From NCBI RefSeq assembly GCF_006345805.1, contig NC_043007.1, forward strand, positions 68,262,001-68,326,000: 64,000 nucleotides of DNA. The letters run 5' to 3'. Positions 27,597-40,829 of the stretch are shown here, in pieces (within the stretch, counting starts at the first letter, position 1; each line of letters begins with the position of its first letter). Origin of the DNA: Octopus sinensis (lineage: Eukaryota). The notes beneath the pieces are model-generated. The model had not been told where the DNA came from, searched no databases, and saw only the letters and a list, made by a program, of their open reading frames with translations. A program made the translations under genes and the position numbers.

Positions 27597-28637
27597 CTGA
27601 AATAAAATACGAAATATGTTGAGTGTTTTATGTGTTTTCTTCGTTTGTTCTCTGTCACTATCTCATATATACAATAGGCAACACACATTTGCATCTAAAG
27701 CACTCAAACGCTTCGCCCGTTCAAAATATACTACATACTCATGATCTTACTATTATTCCACGATAATAATGTTATATCCAAGTTAAAAACGATACATAAT
27801 AATATTTTGATATCAACTGAAGGGCATTGAAGGGAAATTAATAGCAGAGAATATTAACAAGTAAACAGAGACTGTATCAGTTTGATGTGTTACTTTTAAT
27901 CCAACTTTTAATCAACTGGACTCATCTATCAGGAATATAATTGTTTTCACTTGTAAGGGTGCAAGATTGTTTATCTATAGAGAAAGACAATGAATTTGTG
28001 TGATGTTGATGTTTTCACAAATGTATTAACGCAATAAGTGAAGTGAATTGACGTAAATCTCTTAAGTTGAGAATCGTTACCAGGCAGTAAAATCAGCTTG
28101 TTTTCGATTTACATTCACACACTCTGCCATAAGCCAATAATTAGTTAGATATAGGACTAACGTATCTCTCTTTAGTGCCGCAATGTTCTTTCAACTTGAT
28201 TTTAAGGCGCTGAAGTTAATTGTCGAGAGAGTGACTATTCACGTTTATAGGGATAAACTGATTGGATAAAAGGTGCGTTAGGTTATAAGCATTTCCCAAT
28301 TTTATTTCAAAAATTCCTTCGCTACTTCAACCTGTTGTATCGCCATCATACGATATTTATGGTCTATCTGTTAAAAACCTTTCTGGAGCTTTTATAATCC
28401 AGTAAAGCTTACACAATTTCTAGATTATATTAAATAGTTATTCCCCGAACGATGCACTGTGTCACTTGTAGCATGATATGACGTGTTGAAAGAAACAGGA
28501 ATTGATGATAAAGTTTCAGTGAAAGGATGAGGAATAATTATACGTAATAATTTACGGTATTCTTTACACACGAATAAATACATACGCACAAACACAGACA
28601 TACACACATACGAATATTTATGTATATATACGTACAA

Positions 28638-28684
<47 letters not shown>

Positions 28685-29214
28685 TAGATATATGTGTCTG
28701 TCTGTATATATAATGGTAGATGCCACAAATTATAACGCCTTTACTTCAACGGGGAACAGAGATAAAATATCTACATGTAACTTTCATTAATAAGAATAAT
28801 GCTTTCACGTAACAGGCGTACCTATTGATAATAGCATTGCCAACATTGGCACGAGGCCGTTCAATTTTGGGGAGAGTATATCAGGAAAAGAGCTCCTTGT
28901 ACTTGATTCTTAATTACTTTGTATATATAAAATAAAGTCTAAAATGGAAAAGTTAAACTCGACAGAATTTGAACACGGAATATAAAGAAATGTAACTAAA
29001 TGCAGTTGGGTATTTTGCCCCCGACTTTATTACTCAGTAATAATAGTAACAAAAATATTTTCTTCATTAGCAACAGATGCTCGAAGGGATATAGAAATAT
29101 ACAAAGTACATTAAACAATGAACTTACAAAGACGTATGGGTTTAAAAGTATAATTTATACAAACACAAGGTGAAAGATGAAAGATGTTGTACAACATAAA
29201 ACTGGAAGGATTAA

Positions 29215-29512
29215 GGGCGGTGAGCTGGCCGAAATGTTAGCACGCCGGGCGAAATGCTTAGTGATATTTCGTCTGATGCTACGTTCTGAGTTCAAATTCC
29301 GCCGAGGAAACGTTAGCACGGCGAGCGAAATGCGTAGCTGCATTTCGTCTATCGTTACGTTTCGAGTTCAAATTCCGCCGAGGTCGACTTTGCCTTTCAT
29401 CCATTCAGGGTCGATAAATTAAGTGCCAGTTACGCACTGGGGTCGATGTAATCGATTTAATCCCTTTGTCTGTCTGTGTTTAGTCATTTGTGGGTAGTAA
29501 AGAAATATATAT
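29215..29512 (+). mobile_element. SINE family A with duplicated tRNA head and 15 bp TSD
   Basis: GGCGGTGAGCTGGCCGAAATGTTAG..GAGTTCAAATTCC; head repeated from ~29307. TSD AACTGGAAGGATTAA at 29200-29214 and 29513-29527. Confidence 0.92.
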
Positions 29513-30169
29513 AACTGGAAGGATTAATGATTCATATAGTACAAATATTTACAGAGAATAAAAGAAATGTACGATAAAACACAATAACTAAAACAAGGTA
29601 TTTATATAAAAATCAAGCGTTAACTTGCGTTAATCAGGGTACCCCATGATCCTGATAACGCATTTATTCAATTTCCTCACTGTATTATTCGAAGCTGAAC
29701 GTCCCCAGATCTTCCGCGAGGATCTCTAGGGTTATGGTAGACAATTCGAGGACTTAAAGGCTATGGGTCTTTGAAATGTAAGACTTCGTGAAGTCATTCC
29801 GAAGTCGGTACAAGTATTCTTTATTTTATGCTGTTTGAAATGTGGTACCATTTTCTTCTTGTTTCGTACTTTGTTTGGAAATTTGTAACGTATATTTTAT
29901 AAGCACCAAAAACTTCTGAGAAAACAATGGTAGACGGCAGCCTCAAAGAATGACATTGAGTATAACCGTTTCTATTTTAGAATAGAACACTTAATCAGTT
30001 GTTCAATTTAACACCATCACTTCGTTATTAAATGAAATTTGAAGGGTATCCACTCTTGAACCTTTGAGGGAACGTGGCCGATCTGAGGATAGATATCTTC
30101 CTTCATCCAATCTCTTTCGACGTTCCTCAAAGGAGGTACAGGTTTTGCCTTCCTTTCTCCCTACATTGT

Positions 30170-30200
<31 letters not shown>

Positions 30201-30204
30201 TATA

Positions 30205-30394
30205 TAATGGTATTTTTATATAAGCTTAAAGCTTATGGTGATCACCGTTCAATGACTAAGGAAAATAGTCTAACAACGAGGCATATAAGTCCTCGACAGA
30301 AAAAAGAAGGCTTTCCTATCTGCGTGTGACTCGAACACACATCCCTTTGTTAACGCGACTAAGTGTGTTACCTTTACACATTCACACCGAAAGC
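30205..30394 (-). mobile_element. tRNA-headed SINE-like element, family C
   Basis: rc GGTGTGAATGTGTAAAGGTAACAC..GTGTGTTCGAGTCACAC has A-box- and B-box-like segments at tRNA spacing. Flanked by microsatellites. Confidence 0.5.
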
Positions 30395-30880
30395 ATATGT
30401 GTGTGTGTGTGTGTGCGAGTGTGTGTTTATATATATAGATACAGATATATGTATGTGTGTATATGTAGGTATTTATGTAAATCTACCTATTTATCTACCT
30501 ATATATGCATAAGCGAGGAAAATGTTAAGGCATTAAATAGTTTGGACACATCATGTGAATCTGTACATGAGATGAAACACGAAGTTGATAAAAATTTTAA
30601 TTTATAAAAGACAAACAGAAGGGACATATACAAAACTCAACTAAAATGTTCAAGAGTGGTAAACAGTCTTTAATTGCCGAACCTTCATGCAAATAGAACA
30701 AAGGACAACCATTATTCAGTTGGGTATTGATGTTAAACGCAATATCTGGACAAGGCTTATGAGCTTTCTCGGGCTTACGGAATTGATATAGCATATAAAA
30801 AGTGCATGAATACGCAGACAAGTATAGTGAGCGTACATTCACAACAACGCACACTTATGTAAGTATCTCTCTCTCTTTCA

Positions 30881-31020
<140 letters not shown>

Positions 31021-31151
31021 ATATATATCTCTGTCTGTCTGTCTGTCTATTTATCTATCTGTACGTTTATATGTATATAGCTATATTTATCAATCCATAC
31101 ATACACATATACATATATATTTATAACATATATATACATACATATATATAT

Positions 31152-31185
<34 letters not shown>

Positions 31186-31333
31186 CATATATGTGTGCGT
31201 GTGTGTGTGTATGTATTATATGAATGTCTGTGTTTGTGTATGCATATATATATATATTATATATATTATATATTATATATATATATATATATATCAAATA
31301 CTATAAATATACATAACACTATATATATAATAC

Positions 31334-31391
<58 letters not shown>

Positions 31392-31688
31392 CACAACGTT
31401 TCCTAAAATGCTTTATGGATAAAATACATCAGTGAGATACCTTATATAGTCTATAAATCCTCTACTATCTAATATCCAAAAATTGCGATGTTTTTAGTTT
31501 ATAGGACTTGAATCCGTTGTACAAGACCTCGGGGAAAGCTTTGAAACTGAAATGATGAATGAAAGGAAAAGTAAAGACGTTTGTTTTTGTACCATTTTAA
31601 CGATCGAAAACGTTAAGAGTTCTGCTATCGCACATTAGAGACTTTTTTGTGTGTAAAGTAGGTTACCTCTATAATATGTACACACACA

Positions 31689-31740
<52 letters not shown>

Positions 31741-31920
31741 GCACATACACACACGCATGCACGCACAACACACACAAAGATACCTACATATACATATATG
31801 AGGTTGTATCAGCATATACATATTTGTAATCTATATGTGTGCGTATGTATATATGTGTATTGTATATATGTATATGTATACATATATAGACAAATATATA
31901 TATATATTTATGCATATATG

Positions 31921-31972
<52 letters not shown>

Positions 31973-33099
31973 AATTCATAAACCACATTGACATATATAC
32001 GAAGCACAAACACATACATAGATATATATATGTGTGTGTGTGTATGTATATATATATGTATATATTATTAGATAATAAAACTTAAAATCGTCCATAGATA
32101 CACATATATACACATACCAACATACGTATTTTTTGCACACGTGTATATGTGTAGCTATTTCTATACATGCATATTATATTTCCTCTGCTCCTCTGTCCAC
32201 TAAATATATTCCAGTATGAGCTCTACAGTTATTGCGCATTTCGTATAAAGCTTATTTTCGCTGTTTTCATGTGAAATATAAATAACAAATATAAATGAAA
32301 TAAATATACAAGGAAGCAAAAATAAAAATAAAATAAAAAAAGAAACAGTTTTTTTTTTTACTGATTTAGTTCAAAAGAGTGAGTTAATCTTTATACTCTT
32401 TATTCATAAACATGGTTGTGACAAATGTAGTTGTGTCTTTGAAAAAATATAACACATTTGCTTCAAGTTACTGAAATGATACTGCGTAACATTTATACTT
32501 TTTGAACATATGAATCAGAAAAATAACGTTAAAATTTAATATCAGACACATATAGGGAGTTGTGTCGCATCAGAAACCACTTCGAAGACGTGAAACGAAA
32601 TTCTACGCCATTTCACGATATATATATATATAATCATTGATTAAACACAATGAATATCTATTAGTGGATAATATTTTTAGATTAATTCCACTTAAAAAAC
32701 GATCAGTGTTGCACAGTAAAATGCTGCACGAATTCTAGCATTGAACGCCTGTTACGTAAGGCACTCTACGTAAACTATGTTTCTCTTAGTGGTCCGGTTG
32801 ATGAAATAAGAATGCAAACATCTAAAGTAATAATAGTCTCGAAATTTATGAAGTATATGCCATATTGTTTTCGTGTGAGAATACCCTGATTTATATTCTG
32901 CTCATGATGCACACACTAGCACATGATTTTTCATAACACACACACACACACACAAACATACATACATACACACGTATACATATAGCATATATACATCCAT
33001 AAAACGTACACCATATAAGATGTTTAACCACGATAAAAGAATTGAAAGGAATGACGAGACCACACCTCACCAATTACATCTTATGCAAAAAATAATAGA

Positions 33100-34820
33100 A
33101 TTCTTCTGTGATAGTTCACGTCAAGCTCTGAGCGGAAATCTAATTACTTTTAAGCACGATCTCGGGATGATGAAGGAGAAGTTAAGTTACATTATACAAC
33201 TTCGCGAGAGCCAGTATGAATTAGAAGTTTGCTTTCAGGACAAAGGCGTTATGCAAGGTGATGCGGAAGGGAAACAATACCGTTAAAAAGCCCTCTTCTG
33301 AAAAAAGGTTTTGAACCATTCTGGTCTAAGATTTGGAATGAAAAGTGTTATTTCAGCCAGAATGCATGATGGCTAAATTTATTTAGGAAAGAATACTGTA
33401 CTAACATCGACAGTAAAAGATAAACAATCCATCCTACAACTTTCTATATAGTTGTAGGCAAACTGCACAATGGAATGTAACCTGAGAGAGACGTAATAGC
33501 TGATTACTAGTATGAGAAGCTGACTTTCTACAGAGACCCTGAACTATTGAAGGTTAGATTGAACTACTAAATTGCCTTGCTGTAGCGTAGACGAATCTTG
33601 CAGCCTAAGATGAAACTTCTGAGTTGACAGAAAACCATAGGCCCATATGTACAGTATTTACATAAGCTGATTCAACAAATTCCTCCAGGATCATTGTGAG
33701 TCCTACTACACGGTGACTCATGAGCTAGCAGGTTGAGGGAAGGAGTGTCAAAATGTGCCGAACAATGTTTGATAAACAAAGCTGCGCTGTCAGATGTAAG
33801 AAAACAGCATAGAAGCCTTGCGACAGTATGGTTTAATTATAGGAAAATGTTCAACTCTATTTCTATTTGTAACTGCCTAAGTCACCACGCTATCTATACG
33901 AGTATATGTTGTTGCCATTGAGAGGCTCATAGATACTTAAGCAATAATCCTCATACTTATACTTAGATCAGAGAGACCGTCTCTGCTTTTATAAATTTTT
34001 CAAAAGGAGGGATTTTTGTGTAGAACAAATTTAATGCTAAATTTGAAAGAAAAAATTACAGAAAGACTACCTCCATGTAATTTTGTTTATCTTAGCATTA
34101 GATCTGCTACTATTTCAATTACAAATGTCCAATGCGAGGGTTTACAACTGCTGTAGAAAAAATGTAATCTATAATTTCTTTGTGAATGACTTGATGATCT
34201 ATGCTAAAAATGTTTACACTTGTAAAATCAGCTCGAGTGAGTTATATTTTCAATTTACATAGGAATGAAATTAGACTAAACGAAATGTACGTCGTTAATT
34301 GGTGTACGGGGAAAACCAGTCTCTCAGACCCCAAACCTGTACATCAACTGTTTGACTTTGACTCCTGTTATACACAAAAATTGCTACAAATACCTAGGCA
34401 TGGTTGAAAACGTATCATACAAAGTTCTGTGAATAAAGTTATAAAGGCCCAAGAACTTTACATTAGACTTAAGAAAAATATGGTTATTGGAACTCTTCTC
34501 TGACAAAAAAGAATATTCCACAATGCATTAACAGTAGCAGAGCTGAAACCAGCATTTGGTATACTTGAGTGATTTGTAGAAGAAATACACTCCATAGACA
34601 CTGATAGCGTTTTGATCATGACATCAAGTGGTAACGTGCTCAGAAATAGCTATGAAAACAGGCCTTACCTCAGAAAAGATGAAGGAGGTGGATGCCTGAG
34701 AATAGTACGGACAGCTTTTCAATGTTGCATATCTTTCCAGCAACAATTGCTAACCAACTGTAGCAAAAGTATTATATTAGCCAAATAATGAAAAGTGAAG
34801 AGAACAACATCTACCAAGTG
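33100..34820 (+). mobile_element. R4/Dong-type non-LTR retrotransposon RT region, heavily decayed
   Basis: FWSKIW. REGVSKCAEQCLINKAALSDVRKQHRSLATVWFNYRKMFNSI is homologous to ORF 47118-47609. Also FFVNDL (xxDD site) and YLRKDEGGGCL. Confidence 0.8.
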
Positions 34821-34905
34821 TAAACATAATATACCGGATGTCGTTGTTTAGAAAAACAAGAAAATGTATGTACCATCATAGATATTTCACTTTCCTGATA
34901 TTCGG

Positions 34906-34947
<42 letters not shown>

Positions 34948-35472
34948 CTTTCCTCCTTTCCACCATCTTTCTCTTTTTTACTTCATATATTTTGATGAAG
35001 AACTATATATCCGAAACCTCACGGACCCATTTGTTTTTTTCCTTTAACTTTTCAATCGCGAAAACGTGAAATTAACAACACTTTGGTGGAAACTTGTTCT
35101 CCGCTGTTGTAATTTTTCTTGTTACATATATATCTAGGTATATATGCGTATATAAGCATAAATACATATGTATATACGTAAGCATGTTTATATATATAAA
35201 TATATATATATTTCTTCCCACGTGCACACGCCTTCACCTATTCTTATTAGCACATGTCCATTAATGTTGAAAGTATTTGTATATGTAATTCACATGTCAT
35301 TGATAAATGAAACTCAGAGCCTTTTGTATAACCTTACCTAATATATCAGATCCATTTTCACAGGTACATATATATCTTAACTATATATGTCAACGTTTGT
35401 TACTATCCTGCATACTTGTTAATTTTTGGTCATAGTTGTGAATCTATCTTCCCACCTCGCGGTTCATATCTT

Positions 35473-35533
<61 letters not shown>

Positions 35534-35534
35534 A

Positions 35535-35569
<35 letters not shown>

Positions 35570-35589
35570 ATATATATATATATATAGGC

Positions 35590-36200
35590 ACAGGACGTCA
35601 TGAAATGTGTACAAAATATACGAAACAAGAGCACCTAGAACATGAACAATTCTTTCGAACAACGAAAGACACAAATGGTAAACAAAACAGACAACGACCT
35701 TCATCGGTTGTTTTCTGTTTTTCTAGTTTCGTATTTCGAGCATTTAAGAGCAATATTCGCTTTCGATAAACAGTGTCTCCCTCAAAGCAAATTAAATAAA
35801 ATTTGAGATTTTGCGGAGTGTCAAAATTGGTAACACAAACAGGACAATCAAAACAAACAAGAAGGGCTGTTAAGCCTAAACGAGATTGTGGTGGCGAACG
35901 CCGCGTAAATCAAGCTTGGACAGGAGACAAACAAGAACGCGTCTTCTTTGTTCTAGTTACGACGGAGAGAAAGAACGAAACACAAGTTAGGAGAAGAAAG
36001 AAAGATGGCCGATGATGCCGTGGAAGCCATGTGAGCAAGGGAGGAGAGGTGAGGGAGAGAGAGAGAGTGACATAATAATAGGATAGAATAGAGGGAGAAA
36101 AGGAGGTGAAAGAATAAGAGAGAGAAGGAGAGAAAAACGAAAGAGTAAAACGATCGTATAGAGTGCTCAATAGAATTATTAAAATAAAACTTACTTGGAA
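35590..36200 (-). mobile_element. Non-coding PLE pLTR-type element (CAGGAC-end family)
   Basis: Homologous blocks with 7720-8105: CAGGACGT, ACCTTCATC, ATTTCGAGCATT, terminal AACTTACTTGGAA. Confidence 0.55.
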
Positions 36201-36868
36201 GAGGATGCGTGGTGTTCAATCATATAATAATATAAATAATATATATATATATTTATACGTATATGTACATACTTACATCTATACGTATATATATATATAC
36301 GAATAGGTGGGTCCAAGACATCACGAAACATGTACCAAAAAATGAATGAGATTCTTTATTGATGTTCTCCATTTGTAACATCCTCTTTGAATACAGATTG
36401 GCTTTACTATTGACTGTTTAATGGTAAGTAACGCTCAAGTAATACATATTTACACTTGTGGCGAACCACACTCATGTCCTTTCATATACACTCATGTTGG
36501 CGTATAAATACATACATAGACACAAGCATGGACGTACACAACACACTCGCATTTACCATACATGTCTGTAGTAAGCAAAAAAAAAAATTGAGAAGGACTG
36601 CGCTTTCAATAAGGCTGGGTTTTAGCGCTCGTTTGGTAAATGTTGCAAATGAATCTGAGAGGGGAATGCGTTGAATAAAATAATAATTAACTGAGCCTCC
36701 TGTATTTTCTTTTCCCAAAGCCAGGAACGTTTCAGCACACCCTCATATTCCCCCACCACACAACGGCATTTTGTGGCAATTACCCTACACTTGTACCCGT
36801 ATACGCTGAATCCCTATGAAATTTCACCCTCCTGATTTTGTCGCTCTACTGTTATATCTTTGTTATCT

Positions 36869-36900
<32 letters not shown>

Positions 36901-36911
36901 GATATATATAT

Positions 36912-36942
<31 letters not shown>

Positions 36943-36972
36943 CATATATATATATATAATATATACATATAT

Positions 36973-37011
<39 letters not shown>

Positions 37012-37362
37012 GCTAAACTTATTATTTGATGCTTTGCTACTTACTGTTCTTAATTTAATAATCCATACAGAGTTTTACATGTGAAGTACGTCAAGTTTCA
37101 TGCTTGGATAGTGAAGTATTCAAACAATCTTATATAGTGTAATCGGTCATGCACAGTTCGCTCAACACGCCTGTCTGGTTACAATACTATCGGGGCATGA
37201 AATTTGAAGCAGCTTGGTATAATTGGTTTAAACATTAAATTATATTTGTCTCTCAGTGAATTGCGTACCATTTTGCTGATCCTACCAACAAGCACATAGT
37301 AACACCCCACCACACGGACTAAACATATACGTATATACATGAGGATGTATATAAACACACAC

Positions 37363-37393
<31 letters not shown>

Positions 37394-37400
37394 CATAATG

Positions 37401-37559
37401 TTAATAATGATATGGTGAATGGATATTTTTCACATCTATAATTCTATTAAACAGTTATTTTCTGAACCTACGCGCGCAGGTCCAGAAAAGATATGCTATA
37501 AATAACAGTTTAATAAAATTGTGGATGTGAAAAATCCTCGTTTTCCTTATCATTATTAA
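37401..37559. repeat. ~160 bp imperfect palindrome
   Basis: TTAATAATGATA..TTTTTCACATC..ATTAAACAGTTATTT / AAATAACAGTTTAAT..GATGTGAAAAA..TATCATTATTAA, with central TTCTGAACCTACGCGCGCAGGTCCAGAA. Confidence 0.85.
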
Positions 37560-37714
37560 TACTATTCCTAACTCTACAGAAACTATGCAGTACTTAATAA
37601 AACACTCGCATTTACCAACCGAGAATAGTTGCTCGAACCTAGTAACTTAATGTTAACTTGGGTATCACAAAAGGACCGTTGTGGTTAGCCGGAGTCTCAA
37701 ACCGTACTTATTTT

Positions 37715-38216
37715 TGTTTTTTCTACTCTAGGTACAAGGCCTAAACTTTTGGAGGAAGGGGCCAGTCAATTAGATCGACCCACAGTACACAACTGGTACT
37801 TAATTTATCGACCCCGAAAGGATGAAAGGCAAAGTCGACCTCGGTGGAATTTGAACTCAGAACGTAAAGACAGACGAAATACCTATTTCTTTACTACCCA
37901 CAAGGGGCTAAGTACAGAGAGGACAAACAAGGACAGACAAAGAGATTAAGTCAATTACAGAACGCAGCGGCGGACGAAATACCTATTTCTTTACTACCCA
38001 CAAGGAGCTAAACACAGAGAGGATAAACAAGGACAGATAAACGGATTAAGTCGCTTACATCGATCCCAGTGCGTAACTGGTACTTATTTAATCGACCCCG
38101 AGAGGATGAAAGATAAAGTCGACCTCGGCGGAATTTGAACTCAGAACATAACGGCAGACGAAATACTGCTAAGCATTCCAGCCGGCGTACTAAAGTTTCT
38201 GCCAGCCCCCCGCCTT
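37715..38216 (-). mobile_element. Tandem trimer of SINE family A (one full and two headless units)
   Basis: Junction GACGAAATACCTATTTCTTTACTACCCACAAGG occurs twice (~37873 and ~37973). Approximate TSD TCTCAA(A/G)CCGTA. Confidence 0.9.
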
Positions 38217-38407
38217 GACATCTCAAGCCGTATTAAGGTATTAAGAGGGAACACGGTAACCACCAGGAAATATATCCCGTTTAAACTCATTTTTGTATAT
38301 ATATATTATAATATATATATATATTATGATATATTATATATTATATATATTATATATATACATACATACATACATACATACATGCATGCATGCACACACC
38401 ACACACC

Positions 38408-38463
<56 letters not shown>

Positions 38464-38985
38464 TATAAATAATATCCTTATATATTATAAGGATATTATT
38501 TAAATGCTACCTCAGTTTTAGAACATTTTGTTGGCTGTGTCCCAGCATGGGCGAAGTCCAGTGATTGAAACCAGTAAGATTTAACTGACATGTGTATGTG
38601 TGTATGTATCAATGATATGATATTAAGAGAAAGGAATTAACTGGAACTAAAACATGCTGGCTTTTCTTGCTTTTCTGTACTTAAACAATTCATATCTTGA
38701 AAGATCAGATCTCCAAAGAAAACGTTGGCGTTGACGATAAGAATACAATGGTTTTCGTAGGCAAATAACAAGACTATATTCTTAATACACTAAATACTCC
38801 AAGACTCTTCAGTGTATTAGCAAATGAGGAATGGATATGTTTTGTTATGATTATTGGACACTTATTTTGAATCTAGATAAGTAATCTTAGACGGATTAAT
38901 AGTTAGTCCAGCTGATGCATAGTTCGGAAACTAAGACACACAGACATAAACATTCTTAAATAATCATATATATACTATATATATA

Positions 38986-39087
<102 letters not shown>

Positions 39088-39270
39088 GACACACACAGTT
39101 TGCGCACTTGTAAACAGATATGCCTGATGTTCGTTCCATTAGTAACTTGGTATTTATAAAGATATCAATGTTTAAATGCTTTTTTTCTTCTAGGACGGTT
39201 GGTATTATGTTGTTCATATGAAGTTTATTTTTGATCTAAAATAAATGCGTAATGTAGAAATTTATAAACA

Positions 39271-39570
39271 TAGGCGTGGCTGTGTGGTAAGAAGTTTGCT
39301 TACCAACCACATGGTTCTGGCTTCAATCCCACTGCGTGGCACCTTCGGAAAGTGTCTCCTACTATAACCTCGGGCCGATCAAAGCGTTGTCAGTGGATTT
39401 GGTAGACGGAAACTGAAAGAAGCCGGTCAAATGAATGTATATATATATACATTTGTGTGTTTGTGTCTGTGTTTATCTCTCCATCATCGCTTGGCAGTCG
39501 ATCTTGGTGAGTTTACGTCCTCATAACTTAGTGGCTCGGCAGAATAAGTACCCACAGAATAAGTACGACT
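39271..39570 (+). mobile_element. tRNA-derived SINE family B (CORE-like central segment)
   Basis: AGGCGTGGCTGTGTGGTAAGAAG..GGCTTCAATCCC..GTGGCACCTT..AAGTGTCT..GTAGACGGAAACTGAAAGAAG. Copies at 56925 and 59978; degenerate ones at ~41085-41290 and ~53720-53860 (minus). Confidence 0.88.
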
Positions 39571-39723
39571 GATAGGTGAAACTAGTCTAATCCAGTGATG
39601 CTAGAATTGCTCACACACACATATATGCATGTGTATATTTATATATAGATGTATATTAATTTATGACTGATTTACCAAAATACTAAGGTGTATATTAAGA
39701 CGAGTTGTCTCTCTTGTCAATGT

Positions 39724-39760
<37 letters not shown>

Positions 39761-39787
39761 CACCATTTGAAAATGCAGAGGTTTTTT

Positions 39788-40402
39788 AAAGATGTTTTTT
39801 GACTTGACCGGTTTCAATCGATATCCAAGACTTACGATAACCGAAACAAACACACACGCACACTCACACCGTCTTGAACTCTAAGGCCAGTCGAAAAACC
39901 ACTGAGCCATGACACACTCGCCCAGAAAAAAAATCCTTTAGATTCCATAAACAATTCGAAATCAGATCATTTGAATGATCCCTCCCAACCAATATCCCAC
40001 ACAATTTCTAAAAATAGCAACCATCCTTGCAAAACACACATGCAGACTAGAGATGAAGAAAAAAGTCTGGTCATTCACCTGAAATTTTTATTAAAGAATA
40101 TGACTTTTGATGAATTTCTCCTGTCAAATACTGTCTACAAATTCTTTCTGTTTATATGCCTATAAACAATTGTGATCTTATTTTACTTGTCTATTTTGAA
40201 CACTTTCATGTAAACTATTTAAATATAAAGCCTCTCTTAACATGTTCTTATTGTCAAAGACTCTATCACTGTATTTTAATACATGAATGTTAACTAATTT
40301 TTAACACCACAAAGTGTCAGGCTTTGTGTCAAAGCCTGACACTTTATATTGATAATCTTTTTTTTAAAAAAAGTGAAACCGGTCAAGTGGATAAACATCT
40401 TT
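39788..40402 (+). mobile_element. PLE 3' relic bounded by inverted 29 bp pLTR ends containing HHR cleavage-site halves
   Basis: AAAGATGTTTTTTGACTTGACCGGTTTCA (39788-816) vs TGAAACCGGTCAAGTGGATAAACATCTTT (40374-402). Interior HLNDPSQP..RDEEKSLVIHL weakly resembles a GIY-YIG C-terminus. Confidence 0.5.
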
Positions 40403-40444
40403 AATATACGTCTGCATTTTCAAATCCTCTTCTCTATATATTTT

Positions 40445-40770
40445 GGCTCTGCTGTTGGGGTAACTTTCAATGCCAACATTCGGGACAAGGCCTTCCAGGA
40501 TTTTCCAGATGTATATCACTGCATATCTCTCTCGCCTACGCTCCAGGGAGAAGAGTTTTAATACTTTCAGTATTTCCCAGTAGCTGAAGTTCCCTGCATT
40601 AAACTGCATGTTGTTGCCCTCAGCCCACCTGTATATTGTATCCAACTCCCTTTGCAGATGTGCAATATTTGCAGGGTTCTGTATTGTCTCAGAGACTTTT
40701 GTGTCATCTGCATAGCTAGCAAGGGTGACCATCTTAGCAACTGAGGGCATGTCTGAAAGGACCACTATAT
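40445..40770 (-). mobile_element. CR1-group LINE fragment with internal deletion
   Basis: SYADDTKV..LQRELDTIYRWAEGNNMQFNAG is fused directly to SYWEILKVLKLFSLERRRERYAVIYIWKILEGLVPN. Confidence 0.9.

Positions 40771-40829
<59 letters not shown>

Noticed and set aside
29215-29305. tRNA-like A/B boxes as a tRNA gene
   Set aside because: They are SINE heads continuing into SINE body and tail with TSDs; no complete cloverleaf.
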